From the NCBI GenBank assembly GCA_016190755.1, contig JACPPY010000054.1:1-62939 (forward strand): DNA of 62,939 nucleotides, in the 5' to 3' direction. Every line of letters begins with the position of its first letter. The stretch's first letter is position 1. Both the position numbers and the translations under genes were made by a program. The notes below the pieces were generated by a model. That model was not told the DNA's origin. It saw nothing but the letters and a program-made list of their open reading frames with translations, and ran no database searches. Below, piece after piece: positions 27,287 to 38,461 of the stretch. This stretch comes from Chloroflexota bacterium. Lineage in GTDB: Bacteria; Chloroflexota; Dehalococcoidia; JACPPY01.

Positions 27287-27313
27287 TTAGCACTCTCGGC
27301 CTGAGAGTGCTAC
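27287..27313. promoter_or_regulatory. CIRCE operator (HrcA binding site)
   Basis: TTAGCACTC-tcggcctga-GAGTGCTAC matches the consensus TTAGCACTC-N9-GAGTGCTAA at 17/18 positions. It lies 32 nt upstream of the hrcA start. Confidence 0.9.
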
Positions 27314-27316
27314 TAA

Positions 27317-27345
27317 AGTAAAGCACTTTCGGATATGACTGTCAA
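27317..27345 (-). promoter_or_regulatory. Candidate sigma-70-type promoter of hrcA-grpE-dnaK
   Basis: The minus strand reads TTGACA - 17 nt - TTTACT, immediately followed by CIRCE. Confidence 0.5.
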
Positions 27346-27442
27346 TACACCTAGCAGTCGTCCTTGTTACGCGGGCTCCACCTGGGACCTGGTCCTACTG
27401 CCGCCGCAGTTCCCCGCCATGACGCCGGCAGACAGGAGAGTA

Positions 27443-30067
27443 CTACTTTCCGCAGCACTTCTTGTATTTCTTCCCGCTGCCGCAGGGGCATGGGTCGTTG
27501 CGGCCCACCTTGCCAGCCGCCACGGCTTCCTTCTGCCTTGCCTGCTGCGCCATAGGAGTCGCTTTTGCCCTGGAAATGGTGACATGGAAGATCGTGTGCG
27601 CCACATCATACTTGATGCTGGCCATCAGGGCCTCGAACTGTGCATGTCCTTCCCTCTTGTACACCACCAGCGGGTTCTCGTTGCCGACGGCGCGCAGGCC
27701 GATCCCCTGCCGCATGTTTTCCATTGCCGTCAGGTGTTCTATCCACAGGCTGTCTATTACGCGCAGCATCACCAGCCGCTCCAGCATGCGCATGTCGGCG
27801 CCGAACTGCTGTTCACGATCCTGGTACAGCTTTTCAAGGTGCTCCAGGAGGGCGTTCTCAACATCGACGCGGGTCATCTCGCCGATAGCCTCTTTGGTGA
27901 GGCCTTCCGGAGGCGGCATTATTCCGCCCAGGTCCCGCAGCAGTCCTTCGGGGTCGCCGAGCTCGGCGCTTTCACCGGGAAGATAAACATGGACGAGGTT
28001 TAGCACCTCCTCCTTCAGCATGTCGATGATGTTGGTCTTGAGGTCAGCCCCGCCGAGTATCTTCTGGCGCTCGGCATAGATTATCTCGCGGTGCTTGTTG
28101 ACCACGTCATCGTACTCTACCAGGTGTTTGCGCATATCGAAGTGATAGCCTTCGACGCGCACCTGCGAGTTCTCGATGGCTTTGGCCACCAGGGAGTTTT
28201 CAATTGGCGTTTCCTCATCCAACCCGGCCCACTCCATAATGCCCTTGATGCGGTCTCCGCCAAACCTCTTGAGTATGTCGTCCTCCAGGGATATGTAGAA
28301 CCGCGAGCCGCCCGGGTCGCCCTGTCTTCCAGAACGGCCGCGGAGCTGGTTGTCTATGCGCCGGGCCTCGTGCTTCTCAGTACCGATGATGTGGAGTCCT
28401 CCTAGATCCACCACTTTCTTGTGTTCGGCTTCCCAGGTGCTACGGTCTTTCTGGTACTGCGCGTCCTCTTTACCGTTCGCATACTGCTCGGGCTCCGGAG
28501 GTTTGCCACCCAGAATGATGTCCACACCACGTCCGGCCATGTTGGTGGCCACGGTCACCGCGTCCGGGCGTCCCGCCTGTGCTATTATCGCGGCTTCCTT
28601 CTCGTGGTACTTGGCATTGAGCACCTGGTGCGCGATGCCTTTTCTCTTTAGCTTCTCGCTCAGCAGCTCGGACTTCTCGATGGAGACCGTACCGATGAGG
28701 ACCGGGCGTCCGGCTGCGTGCATGGTCTCGGTCTCTTCGATTACGGCGTTGAACTTGCCGTCCTCCGACTTGTATACCTGGTCTGTGAGGTCTTTGCGGA
28801 CCATCTCTTTGTTCGTCGGGATTACCACCACGTCCAGCTTGTATATCTTGGCGAACTCTTCATGCTCGGTAGCCGCGGTGCCTGTCATGCCCGCCAGCTT
28901 CTGGTACATGCGGAAGTAGTTTTGCAGCGTGATGGTGGCCATGGTCACGTTCTCGCGTTGCACCTTGACGTGCTCCTTGGCCTCGATGGCCTGGTGAAGG
29001 CCCTCGGAGTAACGCCGTCCGAACATCAGGCGGCCGGTGAACTCGTCCACGATAATGACCTGACCGTCCTTGACTACATAGTCCCTGTCCCGCCTGAAGA
29101 TCACCTGGGCCTTCAGCGCGGCCTCCAGGTACCGTGTCAGGCTGTAGTTCGCCGGGTCGTATATACTGGGCGACTTGAGCATTCCCTCGGCCCGGAGCAT
29201 GTGCTCCATCTTGGATATCCCCTCGTCTGTGAGGGAGACGGCCCGGGTTTTCTCATCCACCTTGTAGTCTTGCTCGGGTTTCACCTCTCGCACCAGCCGG
29301 GCGAAGACCGCGTATCTGTCGGTAGACTCCTCTGCGGCGCCGCTGATGATGAGCGGCGTGCGCGCCTCGTCGATAAGTATGTTGTCCACCTCGTCGACTA
29401 TGGCGTAGTTCAGCTTCCGCTGCACGCACTGCGACAGGTCTACGACCATGTTGTCGCGCAGGTAGTCGAACCCGAACTCGTGGTTTGTGCCGTAGGTTAT
29501 GTCCGCGGCGTACGCCTGCTGCCGTGAGATTGGTTTCAGGTGCTTCCAGGCAACGTTTCCCGAGTCGAATTGCGGGTCGAAAATGAACGACGCCTCGTGC
29601 TGTATGGTAGCAACTGTCAGGCCCAGGGCGGAGTATATCGGGCCCATCCACTGCGCGTCGCGCTTGGCCAGGTAGTCGTTCACCGTTACCAGGTGACAAC
29701 CCTGGCCGGAAAGCGCATTCAGGTAAAGGGGCAGCGTGGCGACCAGCGTTTTACCTTCGCCGGTCTTCATCTCGGCTATCTTACCCTGGTGCAGCGTTAT
29801 GCCGCCCATGAGCTGGACGTCGTAATGGCGCTGGCCGATTCGCCTGCGGGCTGCCTCCCGGACTGCCGCGAAGGCCTCGGGAAGTATGTCGTCGAGGGTC
29901 TCGCCGGCCTCAAGCCGGGACTTTAGTTGGGCTGTTACAGATTGCAGTTCCTCATCGCTTGCCTTCTGCAGTTCAGGCTCGAGCGAGTTGACTCTATCCA
30001 CCAGCGGCTCAAGCCGCTTGACCTCTTTTTCATTGGAGTCTATGAGACTCCCTAACCATTTGAACAT
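27443..30067 (-). CDS. secA: Preprotein translocase ATPase SecA
   Basis: 874 aa. [33 protein letters not shown], and a C-terminal SEC-C motif [15 protein letters not shown]. Confidence 0.99.
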   Translation of the reverse strand: MFKWLGSLIDSNEKEVKRLEPLVDRVNSLEPELQKASDEELQSVTAQLKSRLEAGETLDDILPEAFAAVREAARRRIGQRHYDVQLMGGITLHQGKIAEMKTGEGKTLVATLPLYLNALSGQGCHLVTVNDYLAKRDAQWMGPIYSALGLTVATIQHEASFIFDPQFDSGNVAWKHLKPISRQQAYAADITYGTNHEFGFDYLRDNMVVDLSQCVQRKLNYAIVDEVDNILIDEARTPLIISGAAEESTDRYAVFARLVREVKPEQDYKVDEKTRAVSLTDEGISKMEHMLRAEGMLKSPSIYDPANYSLTRYLEAALKAQVIFRRDRDYVVKDGQVIIVDEFTGRLMFGRRYSEGLHQAIEAKEHVKVQRENVTMATITLQNYFRMYQKLAGMTGTAATEHEEFAKIYKLDVVVIPTNKEMVRKDLTDQVYKSEDGKFNAVIEETETMHAAGRPVLIGTVSIEKSELLSEKLKRKGIAHQVLNAKYHEKEAAIIAQAGRPDAVTVATNMAGRGVDIILGGKPPEPEQYANGKEDAQYQKDRSTWEAEHKKVVDLGGLHIIGTEKHEARRIDNQLRGRSGRQGDPGGSRFYISLEDDILKRFGGDRIKGIMEWAGLDEETPIENSLVAKAIENSQVRVEGYHFDMRKHLVEYDDVVNKHREIIYAERQKILGGADLKTNIIDMLKEEVLNLVHVYLPGESAELGDPEGLLRDLGGIMPPPEGLTKEAIGEMTRVDVENALLEHLEKLYQDREQQFGADMRMLERLVMLRVIDSLWIEHLTAMENMRQGIGLRAVGNENPLVVYKREGHAQFEALMASIKYDVAHTIFHVTISRAKATPMAQQARQKEAVAAGKVGRNDPCPCGSGKKYKKCCGK

Positions 30068-31038
30068 TACTCGTTGCCGCTTTTGCTCTGCTTCTGCTCG
30101 AACATCGTACCCACTGATTGTCCGGTATGAATACGATGTATCGCTTCACCAAGCAGAGAGGCCAGCGACAGGACCACCACCTTGTCTATTTTTTTGTTTG
30201 GACCCAGCGGCACGGTATCCGTGACCACCACTTCCTTAACCGGCGAGGAAGCGATCCGCTGTATCGCGGGGCCGGAGAAGATAGGATGCGTGGCGCAGGA
30301 GTATACTTCTTTGGCGCCATGCTCCAGAAGCGCCTTAACGGCGTTAACGAGAGACCCTGCCGTATCTATCTCATCGTCAACCGTGAGGCAACGCATGCCT
30401 TTCACATCGCCTATTACGTTCAGCGTCTCCGTGCCGCCCGTATTGCCCACACGCCGTTTCTCGATAATAGCAAGCGGTGCGTCCAGGCGCTCCGCGAAAT
30501 CTCGGGCACGCTTCGATATGCCGACATCCGTTGCCACCACCACTAGGTCGCTGATTTTCCTCTCCACGAAGTAATTACACAATATATACTCCGCGGTGAG
30601 TTCGTCAACTGGTATGCTGAAAAACCCTTGTATCTGTCCCGCGTGCAGGTCCACCGTCAGCAGCCTGTTGGCGCCGGCCACTGTGAGAAGGTCGGCGATC
30701 AGACGGGCCGTGATAGGCACCCTGGGCTGGTCCTTTTTATCGGTGCGCCCGTAGGCGTAGTAGGGGACTACTGCAGTAATGCGGCCGGCGGACGCCCGTT
30801 TGAAGGCGTCCATCATTATCAGCAGCTCAACCAGGCTATGGTTCACCGGCGAGCACAGCGGCTGCACCACGAAGACATCCCTCTCGCGGACATTTTCCAG
30901 TATGCGCACGAAGATATTTTCGTTGCTGAACTGGAACACTTCAGAGGCCCCCAGCGGCAGCTCCAGGTAATCACATATATCCCGTGCCAGCCCGGGGTGG
31001 GCGTTCCCGGTAAATACCTTTAACTCATCCATATCCAC
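30067..31038 (-). CDS. prs: Ribose-phosphate pyrophosphokinase
   Basis: 323 aa. The [25 protein letters not shown] and [10 protein letters not shown] motifs. Confidence 0.97.
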   Translation of the reverse strand: MDMDELKVFTGNAHPGLARDICDYLELPLGASEVFQFSNENIFVRILENVRERDVFVVQPLCSPVNHSLVELLIMMDAFKRASAGRITAVVPYYAYGRTDKKDQPRVPITARLIADLLTVAGANRLLTVDLHAGQIQGFFSIPVDELTAEYILCNYFVERKISDLVVVATDVGISKRARDFAERLDAPLAIIEKRRVGNTGGTETLNVIGDVKGMRCLTVDDEIDTAGSLVNAVKALLEHGAKEVYSCATHPIFSGPAIQRIASSPVKEVVVTDTVPLGPNKKIDKVVVLSLASLLGEAIHRIHTGQSVGTMFEQKQSKSGNE

Positions 31039-31065
31039 GGCTATCTTCTCTCCGGCAAGTAGCGA

Positions 31066-32358
31066 TCAGCACTCAATACCCGGCACAGGGAAGCGCCTGC
31101 ACATTGACAGCACCTCCTGTCGCACACGGGCCTTCACGTCGGAGTCCTCGGTATTGGACACCACCGTAGTTATCATTCTTGCTATCTCGCGCATCTCACC
31201 GGCGCCAAATCCGCGAGTCGTTACCGCGGGTGTGCCCACTCGTATACCGCTGGCTATAGTCGGTGGCTGCCGGTCGAACGGTATGGCATTTCGGTTAACG
31301 ATTATGCCCACCTCTTCCAATGCGCGCTCGGCCTGCCGTCCAGTAACTCCTGTCTGGGACAGGTCTACCAGGGCTAGATGGCTCTGCGTGCCGCCGGCCA
31401 CCAATCGCAGTCCTCTCTGCTTCAGCTCGTTCGCCAGTGTAGCGGCGTTTTCCAATATGGAACGTTGGTACTCCGCGAAACCGGGCTGCATCGCCTCAAG
31501 GAAGCATACCGCCTTGGCGGCTATGGCATGCATAAAAGGCCCGCCTTGCATGCCGGGAAACACAGCAGAGTCTATGGCGCCGGCGAACTCGGACTTGCAC
31601 AGTATGAACCCTCCTCGAGGGCCGCGCATCGTCTTGTGCGTGGTGGACGTGACGATATGAGCATGCTGTACTGGGGAGGGATATACACCGGCAGCGATCA
31701 ACCCCGCCTGGTGCGCCATATCCACCATAAGCCTGGCGCCTGCGCCGTCCGCTATCTTGCGGAAGCGTCGCCAGTCCAGTACCAGCGGGTAAGCGCTGGC
31801 CCCGGCGACGATGAGCTTTGGCCGTGCCTCCCTGGACAGTTTCTCGACCTCGTCAAAGTCAATTTGCTCTGTCTGCCGGCTCACGCCGTATGAAACAAAG
31901 CGGTACACTTTCCCGGAAAAGTTCACCGGGCTACCGTGCGTCAGATGGCCGCCATGGCTCAGGCTCATGGCCATTATGGTGTCGCCCGGCTCGACGAGCG
32001 CCAGATATGCAGCCATATTGGCCTGCGAGCCGGCATGCGGCTGAACATTGGCGTGCTCGGCGTGAAATAGCTGCTTGGCCCGTTCTATCGCCAGCCGCTC
32101 AACAATGTCCACGTTGGCGCAACCGGCGTAGTAACGCCTGTCAGGATAGCCCTCGGCGTACTTGTTGGTCAGCACCGACCCCTGTGCCTCCATAACTGCC
32201 TTGCTGGCATAGTTCTCGGCAGCGATGAGTATGATGCTGTCCCGCTGGCGGTCCCTCTCAGACTGGATCGCCTTCTCTATCTCGGGGTCGAAACGGCCAA
32301 GTAGTCCGTTCGCTGTCCCGCACTCTTTTCCTGTTTTTGATGAGACCCGAGAAAACAT
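31066..32358 (-). CDS. glyA: Serine hydroxymethyltransferase
   Basis: 430 aa. [20 protein letters not shown] and the [17 protein letters not shown]-lysine motif. Confidence 0.97.
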   Translation of the reverse strand: MFSRVSSKTGKECGTANGLLGRFDPEIEKAIQSERDRQRDSIILIAAENYASKAVMEAQGSVLTNKYAEGYPDRRYYAGCANVDIVERLAIERAKQLFHAEHANVQPHAGSQANMAAYLALVEPGDTIMAMSLSHGGHLTHGSPVNFSGKVYRFVSYGVSRQTEQIDFDEVEKLSREARPKLIVAGASAYPLVLDWRRFRKIADGAGARLMVDMAHQAGLIAAGVYPSPVQHAHIVTSTTHKTMRGPRGGFILCKSEFAGAIDSAVFPGMQGGPFMHAIAAKAVCFLEAMQPGFAEYQRSILENAATLANELKQRGLRLVAGGTQSHLALVDLSQTGVTGRQAERALEEVGIIVNRNAIPFDRQPPTIASGIRVGTPAVTTRGFGAGEMREIARMITTVVSNTEDSDVKARVRQEVLSMCRRFPVPGIEC

Positions 32359-32405
32359 ATTAAAAATCCCTCACGCGAGTATAACGATACGTGCCAGATA
32401 AACAG

Positions 32406-32431
32406 ATAGCCACGCTCGGCTGCGTGGCTAT
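32406..32431. terminator. Perfect 10-bp stem hairpin in the glyA upstream region
   Basis: ATAGCCACGC-tcggct-GCGTGGCTAT. On the minus strand it is followed by CTGTTTATCT. It may terminate the weak upstream ORF or act as a leader structure. Confidence 0.35.
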
Positions 32432-32526
32432 GTAAGGCCCTCATGCCCCGTTTGAACGGAGCGACAGAAAGTACTCAGCAACTGATTCAACGTAGAGACA
32501 CTACCCCACTTTGCAGCTTCACTAGT

Positions 32527-32841
32527 TTACATCCGACCCCGGCGAGTGTCAACCTCTTCCAGATACGAAACAGATAGGCTCATCCCCATCTCGACAAAGC
32601 TATGCCAGACCACACACAATACAAACCTAACACCTGATGGCATATGATCCCGCCAGACATTAAGCGAGAGCACTTGCCTGGGCATACCGGTGAGCACCAC
32701 ACGCGTGATAACCGGGTCAGTGTTGGGTGTCGGCTCTGCCAACCGCCTGTCCGCAGCGCGTTGGAACGTGACCACTCGCATCATCTGGCATAGATGTTCA
32801 CTATACCTGCTGCCGGGGTAGTAGCTGGACTTTTCTGTCAC
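32527..32841 (-). CDS. Hypothetical protein (weak call)
   Basis: 104-aa ORF with no recognisable motif. It is the only sizeable ORF in a 600-nt gap. Confidence 0.25.
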   Translation of the reverse strand: MTEKSSYYPGSRYSEHLCQMMRVVTFQRAADRRLAEPTPNTDPVITRVVLTGMPRQVLSLNVWRDHMPSGVRFVLCVVWHSFVEMGMSLSVSYLEEVDTRRGRM

Positions 32842-32953
32842 TTGGTCAGGGTTTTCCTTCCTGCTTAGTTGAAGCGTATGACGGGAGGCGCGACGGAAGC
32901 CAGTTAAGAAATAGGTAGCTAGCCCCCAATAGTTTCTGAGCGGCTTCCTCCGC

Positions 32954-34381
32954 CTACCGTGGCGTCAGAGATTCGATAAGCTGCCTCACGTTCTCGACGC
33001 TTTCCAAATCTTTGAGTAGGCCGACGGATTCACCAGCATTAACACCCTTTTGTGTGAGACTCGCATAATCCGCACACTCTCGGTATTTTTCAACTAGCTC
33101 ATCCCATTGGAGTGGCATTTCTGGGTATCCTTTAGCGATATTGCGTTTTTCATAAAACTTTCGACCATCTCTCAGTTTTATGGTCACCTTGCTTGCTCCC
33201 CATTTGGCATGGGTATGGGCGACCCCCTCTTCCCTTTTGAACTCGTCCTCTACTTCCGGATCGACTTCTACGTTGACCAACTTCAAAAAAGACTGGACAT
33301 CAGGTCTTCCTACCCGTTCGTCCGTATACTCTTGGAGCCCTGCTCTTCGATCCAGTATGGCTACCGCTATCCCATACCTACAGCTGTAGCGAGCATCCAA
33401 ACCGTTCTTTGGGCAACGGTAGAAGGCACCGATAGAGGCTATTGAGGAAGTAGCCCCCACCTCAACCCTTTCTACCTCCTCGGGTTTAATGTCATGCTTC
33501 TTCACCAGTTCCAGCGTAATATCTATTGGGACCGCCGGTGCTGTGGCCCCTGGATGCAGTTTTGTCGTCACATTCGGCAAAGCTAGGTCCCATCGAGTAC
33601 CGATTTCATCCACCATCCTGTCCAGATCATAGTTATTCTCCCCATTAAAGGTCGCGCAGAAACCGAAGTGGTCATGGCCGATACCTGGCACTCCTTCTAA
33701 GACATTTGTATCTGCGCTATAGCCCAGAGCTCCCAGTAGCGCGGCGATTACACCGTTCTTGGCTGCATTACCCGCGTGGAAAGGCTTGGTCATGGTGCCG
33801 ATATTCTTCCTTATACCTCCAGTCTCTGACGCGGCAATGCCTAAAGCGCACCGGGTTTTTCCCAGGTTCAGGTTCAGTAGCTTGCTGCATCCGATGGTCG
33901 CGCCGAAGCTACCCAATGTAGGGATAGGATGCCATCCCTTCAGTATGTGAAACGGCTGCACTCCCATGCTGATTCGTGCCTCCACCTCATAGCCCAATAT
34001 ATAGGCTTCCAATACCTGCTTGCCAGAGGCACCGAGATCATCAGCCATGGCCATTACGGCTGGAAGGACAACGGCGCTGATATGACTAATACCACTGATA
34101 CTTGTGTCGTCAAAGTCGAGGGCATGAGCTTCTACTCCGTTGACAAGAGCAGCGTTAGGCACAGATGTCCTCAGCTTGTGGCATAGAACACCAGCAGAAG
34201 GGCGCCCACCAATGTCTTTCACCAGGTCAAGAACGATGCCGGTGCATCTCTCTACTGAGCCGCCTATCATTACTCCCACTGTGTCCAGTATTCGTTCCTT
34301 GGCAACGGCCACGATCCCAGGAGGGATGTCGTTGTACGTCTTCTCCACCGCAAAACGAGCCAATGTTTCAGTTACTCCCAT
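32954..34381 (-). CDS. MmgE/PrpD-family protein (2-methylcitrate dehydratase-like), paralogue 1
   Basis: 475 aa. LARFAVEKTYNDIPPGIVAVAKERILDTVGVMIGG..., HALDFDDT and KPFHAGNAAKNGV are family motifs. Confidence 0.9.
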   Translation of the reverse strand: MGVTETLARFAVEKTYNDIPPGIVAVAKERILDTVGVMIGGSVERCTGIVLDLVKDIGGRPSAGVLCHKLRTSVPNAALVNGVEAHALDFDDTSISGISHISAVVLPAVMAMADDLGASGKQVLEAYILGYEVEARISMGVQPFHILKGWHPIPTLGSFGATIGCSKLLNLNLGKTRCALGIAASETGGIRKNIGTMTKPFHAGNAAKNGVIAALLGALGYSADTNVLEGVPGIGHDHFGFCATFNGENNYDLDRMVDEIGTRWDLALPNVTTKLHPGATAPAVPIDITLELVKKHDIKPEEVERVEVGATSSIASIGAFYRCPKNGLDARYSCRYGIAVAILDRRAGLQEYTDERVGRPDVQSFLKLVNVEVDPEVEDEFKREEGVAHTHAKWGASKVTIKLRDGRKFYEKRNIAKGYPEMPLQWDELVEKYRECADYASLTQKGVNAGESVGLLKDLESVENVRQLIESLTPR

Positions 34382-34492
34382 GGTAATCTCCTTGCTTTCT
34401 GATTCATTAGTGGGCGGGTAAACTGTTAACGATTCTCCACAACCGGAGGCGTATTTGTGAACTGAACGGCAACAGTCCGCGGGCGCCAGGAG

Positions 34493-35281
34493 CTACGGGA
34501 GATTGAAAATGCGCCTTGGATTGTCATAAAGTACCTTCGTAATATCCTCGTCGTTAAAGCCTAGTTTACGCATGTGTAATGCCGTCCTGGGCACCGCTAA
34601 TGGGTCGTTGCGGTGGAGAGCACGAGTATCACTGCTGACCAGTACCAGGTTGATGTCATTGTCCGCGACAATGCTGGCAGCATCCTCAGGGTTCAATCTC
34701 CTCGACGGAAGAACCGAGATTCCAGCGATGCAGCCGGAGCCGGTGATCACCTTGGCTGTCGTAGCATCAGCATGGGCAATGACGACTTTACCTCGCTCGA
34801 ACCCACAATCATCGATAATCCTCAAATACCGCTCAATCCACTTGGACCTCTCCGTAAAGGGCAAGTGTAGAACAACAGGCTTCTTATATTGTCCGGCGAT
34901 TCTGATCTGGGCCTTTAGTAGCTCCTCTTGCCTGCCCAAGTCCGCTACCGACTCTGGCTCCAGCCCAATTTCACCAACGCATACGACCCTATCTCGTTTT
35001 AAGTACCTGGGGAGCGACTCGAGGATCTTCTCGTAGTCTTCCGGGATAGCAAGCATTTTAAGGCCAAACATGACATAGACATCGATGAAGTAATCGGCAG
35101 CTCGCTTGGTCTCACCGTTTAGTGTGCGATCAGCATAATGGAATACTGCCTCGGATGAGGAGGCGATGAATCGCCCACCGGCTGCATCACTTATCACTGC
35201 CATTATGCCGGAAGCTGCCATCGCCTCCAGATCCATTACATCGAGTGACTCCGCTACTACGTGAGGGTCTATTAATAACAT
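34493..35281 (-). CDS. TIM-barrel metal-dependent hydrolase (TatD/amidohydrolase-like)
   Basis: 262 aa. IDPHV..., VCVGEIGLE, KPVVLHLP, VIAHAD, SSDT... and the C-terminal NPRRIFNL follow the TatD-like motif order. Confidence 0.6.
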   Translation of the reverse strand: MLLIDPHVVAESLDVMDLEAMAASGIMAVISDAAGGRFIASSSEAVFHYADRTLNGETKRAADYFIDVYVMFGLKMLAIPEDYEKILESLPRYLKRDRVVCVGEIGLEPESVADLGRQEELLKAQIRIAGQYKKPVVLHLPFTERSKWIERYLRIIDDCGFERGKVVIAHADATTAKVITGSGCIAGISVLPSRRLNPEDAASIVADNDINLVLVSSDTRALHRNDPLAVPRTALHMRKLGFNDEDITKVLYDNPRRIFNLP

Positions 35282-35702
35282 CCTGAACCTCCTGCGCAGC
35301 TTAGTTTTCGCAAATTTCTAGCCCATAGTACTATATAGTCGCTTCCAACACAAGGGGAATATCTCAACCCGCACATCAACCTTCATTGTCCCGGCTTCTT
35401 CTCTCTTAGACCGAATAGCCGACAGGAGGATCGGGCACCCGAAGCGGAAACCGGGCTCGGCTACCAGTGTGCACTTTCTCACTACAACATGTGTGTATCC
35501 AGAAATGCACCCATCGAGCCACTATATTGCAATGCAGCAACAATGATAACACGATTAACCGGCAGTAGTGGACGAGAGAGAAAAGTTATGATACAATCCG
35601 GTCAGCATCGTCGAGATTATTGTGGGCGATTACCTTCCTCGAGGAACCAACATGCTATTTGGCATCAGCCAAACACCTGACTTGCCAAGAAGGAGGAGGA
35701 TC

Positions 35703-36866
35703 ATGACGAGGACATTATGTGTAGCGGCTATTGTAACGGCTGTTGTAGTCGTATCTCTATCTGCATGTGGCAAACCGGCGCCCCAGCCTCCCCCGACTAC
35801 AGCCCCTGCACCCGCAGCCCCGTCTTCATCCCCAACGGCAGAGCCATCGCCAACAGCAAAACCAATATCCTCACCTTCGACCTGGCCCCTGGTCGACAGA
35901 CAGGCACAGGTTGAGGCCGCGGCCAAGAAGGAAGGGAAGGTTGTTCTCTGGTCACCTCACGCGAAACTTGCTCCACAATTTCTCGCCAAGTTCAAAGAGC
36001 GTTACCCCTGGTTGCAGCTAGAGACATGGGACGCTACAAGTACTGCCATCGTTGAGAAACTGGTTAGTGAGGCGAAGGTGGGCCGGTACAGTGTGGATGT
36101 GATAAGTGATGGAGAGCAGCAAGTCAGGTTGATTCCGAGAGATTTGCTGGCAAAGTATGATTGGCCTAACGCGGCAAAGTGGGCTTCGGAAGGGCTAGGG
36201 GGTACAGAGGGTTTCTACGTGCGCGACGTGATTGGCTTTTATGGCCCGGTCTACAACTCGAAGCTGGTCGTTGGCGCAGATATACCTAAGACCTGGAATG
36301 ATATCAAAGACCCAAAGTGGAAAGGCAAAACCTCCCTTGCCCTGGATGGCGACGAAGCACCTTTAATGCTAGCTGCCATGTGGGGTGGCAATGGGAAACT
36401 GGCATGGGAGGAGTCCTTTGCCTTCTGGCGAGAGGTGTCTAAGAACACTAAGCCAAAGACAGTGAAGGGATACACTGAGCCCACAAGGCTCCTCGGCGCC
36501 GGGGAATATGCGCTTTTTATCTGGGGGTCGTCTGGTGTCACTCTTCGAGCGCAAACAGATGGTGGGCTACCGGTAGCACATCCGCCGCTTGATCGTTTCC
36601 CAGGGACAGCGAAAGTGAAGACAATCTTGAAGAATGCGCCGCACCCCAATGCGGCACGGCTGCTTGTCGACTACATAACTTCGACCGAAGGATCAAGGAT
36701 CTACGCCGACGTTGTGGGTTATACTAGCCTCAATCCTGAAGCTGCCGGGGCATTGGCGAATCGCCGGTTTAAGGAGATTAAGGTTTACATAATGCCATCA
36801 GAGTTGGAAAGCACGGAAAACATGAAGAAATCCGCCGATTTCTGGGCCGCGCTGTTGGGTATATGA
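35703..36866 (+). CDS. ABC-transporter solute-binding lipoprotein (family 1, Fe3+/polyamine AfuA-PotD type), paralogue 1
   Basis: AGGAGGAGGA lies 3 nt before ATG 35703. MTRTLCVAAIVTAVVVVSLSACG lipobox, a P/A/T linker, then an SBP fold (VVLWSPH..., WKGK..., APHPNAARLLVDYITS). Confidence 0.88.
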   Translation: MTRTLCVAAIVTAVVVVSLSACGKPAPQPPPTTAPAPAAPSSSPTAEPSPTAKPISSPSTWPLVDRQAQVEAAAKKEGKVVLWSPHAKLAPQFLAKFKERYPWLQLETWDATSTAIVEKLVSEAKVGRYSVDVISDGEQQVRLIPRDLLAKYDWPNAAKWASEGLGGTEGFYVRDVIGFYGPVYNSKLVVGADIPKTWNDIKDPKWKGKTSLALDGDEAPLMLAAMWGGNGKLAWEESFAFWREVSKNTKPKTVKGYTEPTRLLGAGEYALFIWGSSGVTLRAQTDGGLPVAHPPLDRFPGTAKVKTILKNAPHPNAARLLVDYITSTEGSRIYADVVGYTSLNPEAAGALANRRFKEIKVYIMPSELESTENMKKSADFWAALLGI

Positions 36867-36916
36867 GAGGTGCGTCTTCTGAGTTGACAGGAACCAAACG
36901 ACATGGAGGAAGCAAA

Positions 36917-38335
36917 ATGACGACGACCGAAATTCTGTGTGATTTCTTGGTAGATACAGGTTATAGCGACATCCCAGGGGATGCTGTAAGAATAGCTAAG
37001 GAACGCATACTAGACACTGTAGGCGTGGCGCTTGCAGGAGCTGTCGAGCCGGCGGGTGCTGGCAGAATAGCAATAGAACTGGTAAAAGAGCTTGGCGGAT
37101 ACCCAACTTCTACGGTAATAGCAGGTGGCTTCAAAACATCTGCCCCTAATGCAGGGTTAGCCAATGGCACTGGTGCCGCTACTTTGGACTACGACGATAC
37201 CACCACTTATACAATCTGTCATTACAGCAGTTCTCTTATACCCGCCGTACTAGCACTAGCCGAAGAGACCAAGGTGTCGGGTAGGAAGCTTCTTGAGGCT
37301 TTCATCCTAGCCTGGGAAGCCGGAACTAGGATCGGTGAGTGTATGGGGGCCCCATCTTATTATCAGAGGGGCTTTCACACCCCCGGAACCTGGGCCTGCC
37401 TGGGCTGTGCCGCAGCCAGCGCAAAATTGCTGAATTGCAGTCGGGAACAGGTGAGGACAGCGCTGGCCGTTGCGGCCAGTGCGGCAGGCGGTATCAGGAA
37501 AACATATGGCACTAACACTAAGCCCTTGCACTCCGGCTATTCAGCAAGGAACGGAATCATAGCTGCGATGTTGGCCAAAAAGGGGTTTACTGCCGATAGG
37601 AATGTTCTGGACCGCGACCCCGAAGCCAAGGCTCACATGTGCTTTAGTTTCCCAGTAGTCTTTGCTGGAGAGGGGAATTACAACCTTAGCAAGGTAACTG
37701 AAGGGTTGGGTAAGTCATACAACTTAGTATCTAAGCCCATCGTCACAAAATTCCATCCAGGGCCAACTGCAATGGCACCCTTCATCGAGTTAGTGATAGA
37801 TATGATGAAGAGAAACTCGATCAGGGTTGACCAGGTTGAAAAGGTAGAGGTTAGAGCTATCCGTGAATGGGTCGAAGGCGTGTCACCCTTCTTGAGACCG
37901 CGGACAGGGGATGAAGCCAGATATAGTGCGCCCTATCAAATAGCTGTAGCGATGCTGGATGGCCAGGTTGGTATAGAGCAACACCGCGAAGAGCGTGTTC
38001 ATAGCTATGATGTCCAGGAGATGATGCAAAGGGTGCACCTTTCCGAGCTGAAGGGTAGTGAGGCGATCGTACGCAAACTAAGAGAGACTGCCAACATCGC
38101 CAAGATGGGTATTGGTGAATTGACCATCAAGCTTAAAGATGGACGGGAGTTTATTGGAAAAGTGGAACGGGGTCAGGGCTCATCGCCTCTCAAACGCCAA
38201 GATTTGCTTGCCAAGTATGAAGATTGTGCTAAGAGAGTGCTATCGTTGTCTGATGTAAAACGGTCAATCGAGTTAATTGAGAACCTGGAAAACCTGGACG
38301 ACGTTACCGAACTAATGGATCTACTTAGGGGATAA
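36917..38335 (+). CDS. MmgE/PrpD-family protein, paralogue 2
   Basis: GGAGGA lies 6 nt before ATG 36917. ILCDFLVDTGYSDIPGDAVRIAKERILDTVGVALAG..., TLDYDDT and KPLHSGYSARNGI. Confidence 0.9.
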   Translation: MTTTEILCDFLVDTGYSDIPGDAVRIAKERILDTVGVALAGAVEPAGAGRIAIELVKELGGYPTSTVIAGGFKTSAPNAGLANGTGAATLDYDDTTTYTICHYSSSLIPAVLALAEETKVSGRKLLEAFILAWEAGTRIGECMGAPSYYQRGFHTPGTWACLGCAAASAKLLNCSREQVRTALAVAASAAGGIRKTYGTNTKPLHSGYSARNGIIAAMLAKKGFTADRNVLDRDPEAKAHMCFSFPVVFAGEGNYNLSKVTEGLGKSYNLVSKPIVTKFHPGPTAMAPFIELVIDMMKRNSIRVDQVEKVEVRAIREWVEGVSPFLRPRTGDEARYSAPYQIAVAMLDGQVGIEQHREERVHSYDVQEMMQRVHLSELKGSEAIVRKLRETANIAKMGIGELTIKLKDGREFIGKVERGQGSSPLKRQDLLAKYEDCAKRVLSLSDVKRSIELIENLENLDDVTELMDLLRG

Positions 38336-38461
38336 ATTGAATGAATCCACTGTAACATATTCTAACCAAGTAGTACAGCGATTCAACCGCTATAGCTAGT
38401 CTCGGCAACACTGATAACACTATTAGCTCGACATGCTGACTTGCCAAGAAGGAGGAGGATT

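Noticed and set aside
32359-32526. Riboswitch (ZTP, THF or glycine) in the glyA leader.
   Set aside because: None of the conserved cores I know appear on the minus strand: ZTP GGGUCGUGACUGGCG...CCGCCUGGGCA, or glycine GGAGAG...CACCGAAGGGGCAA. Only a simple hairpin is present.
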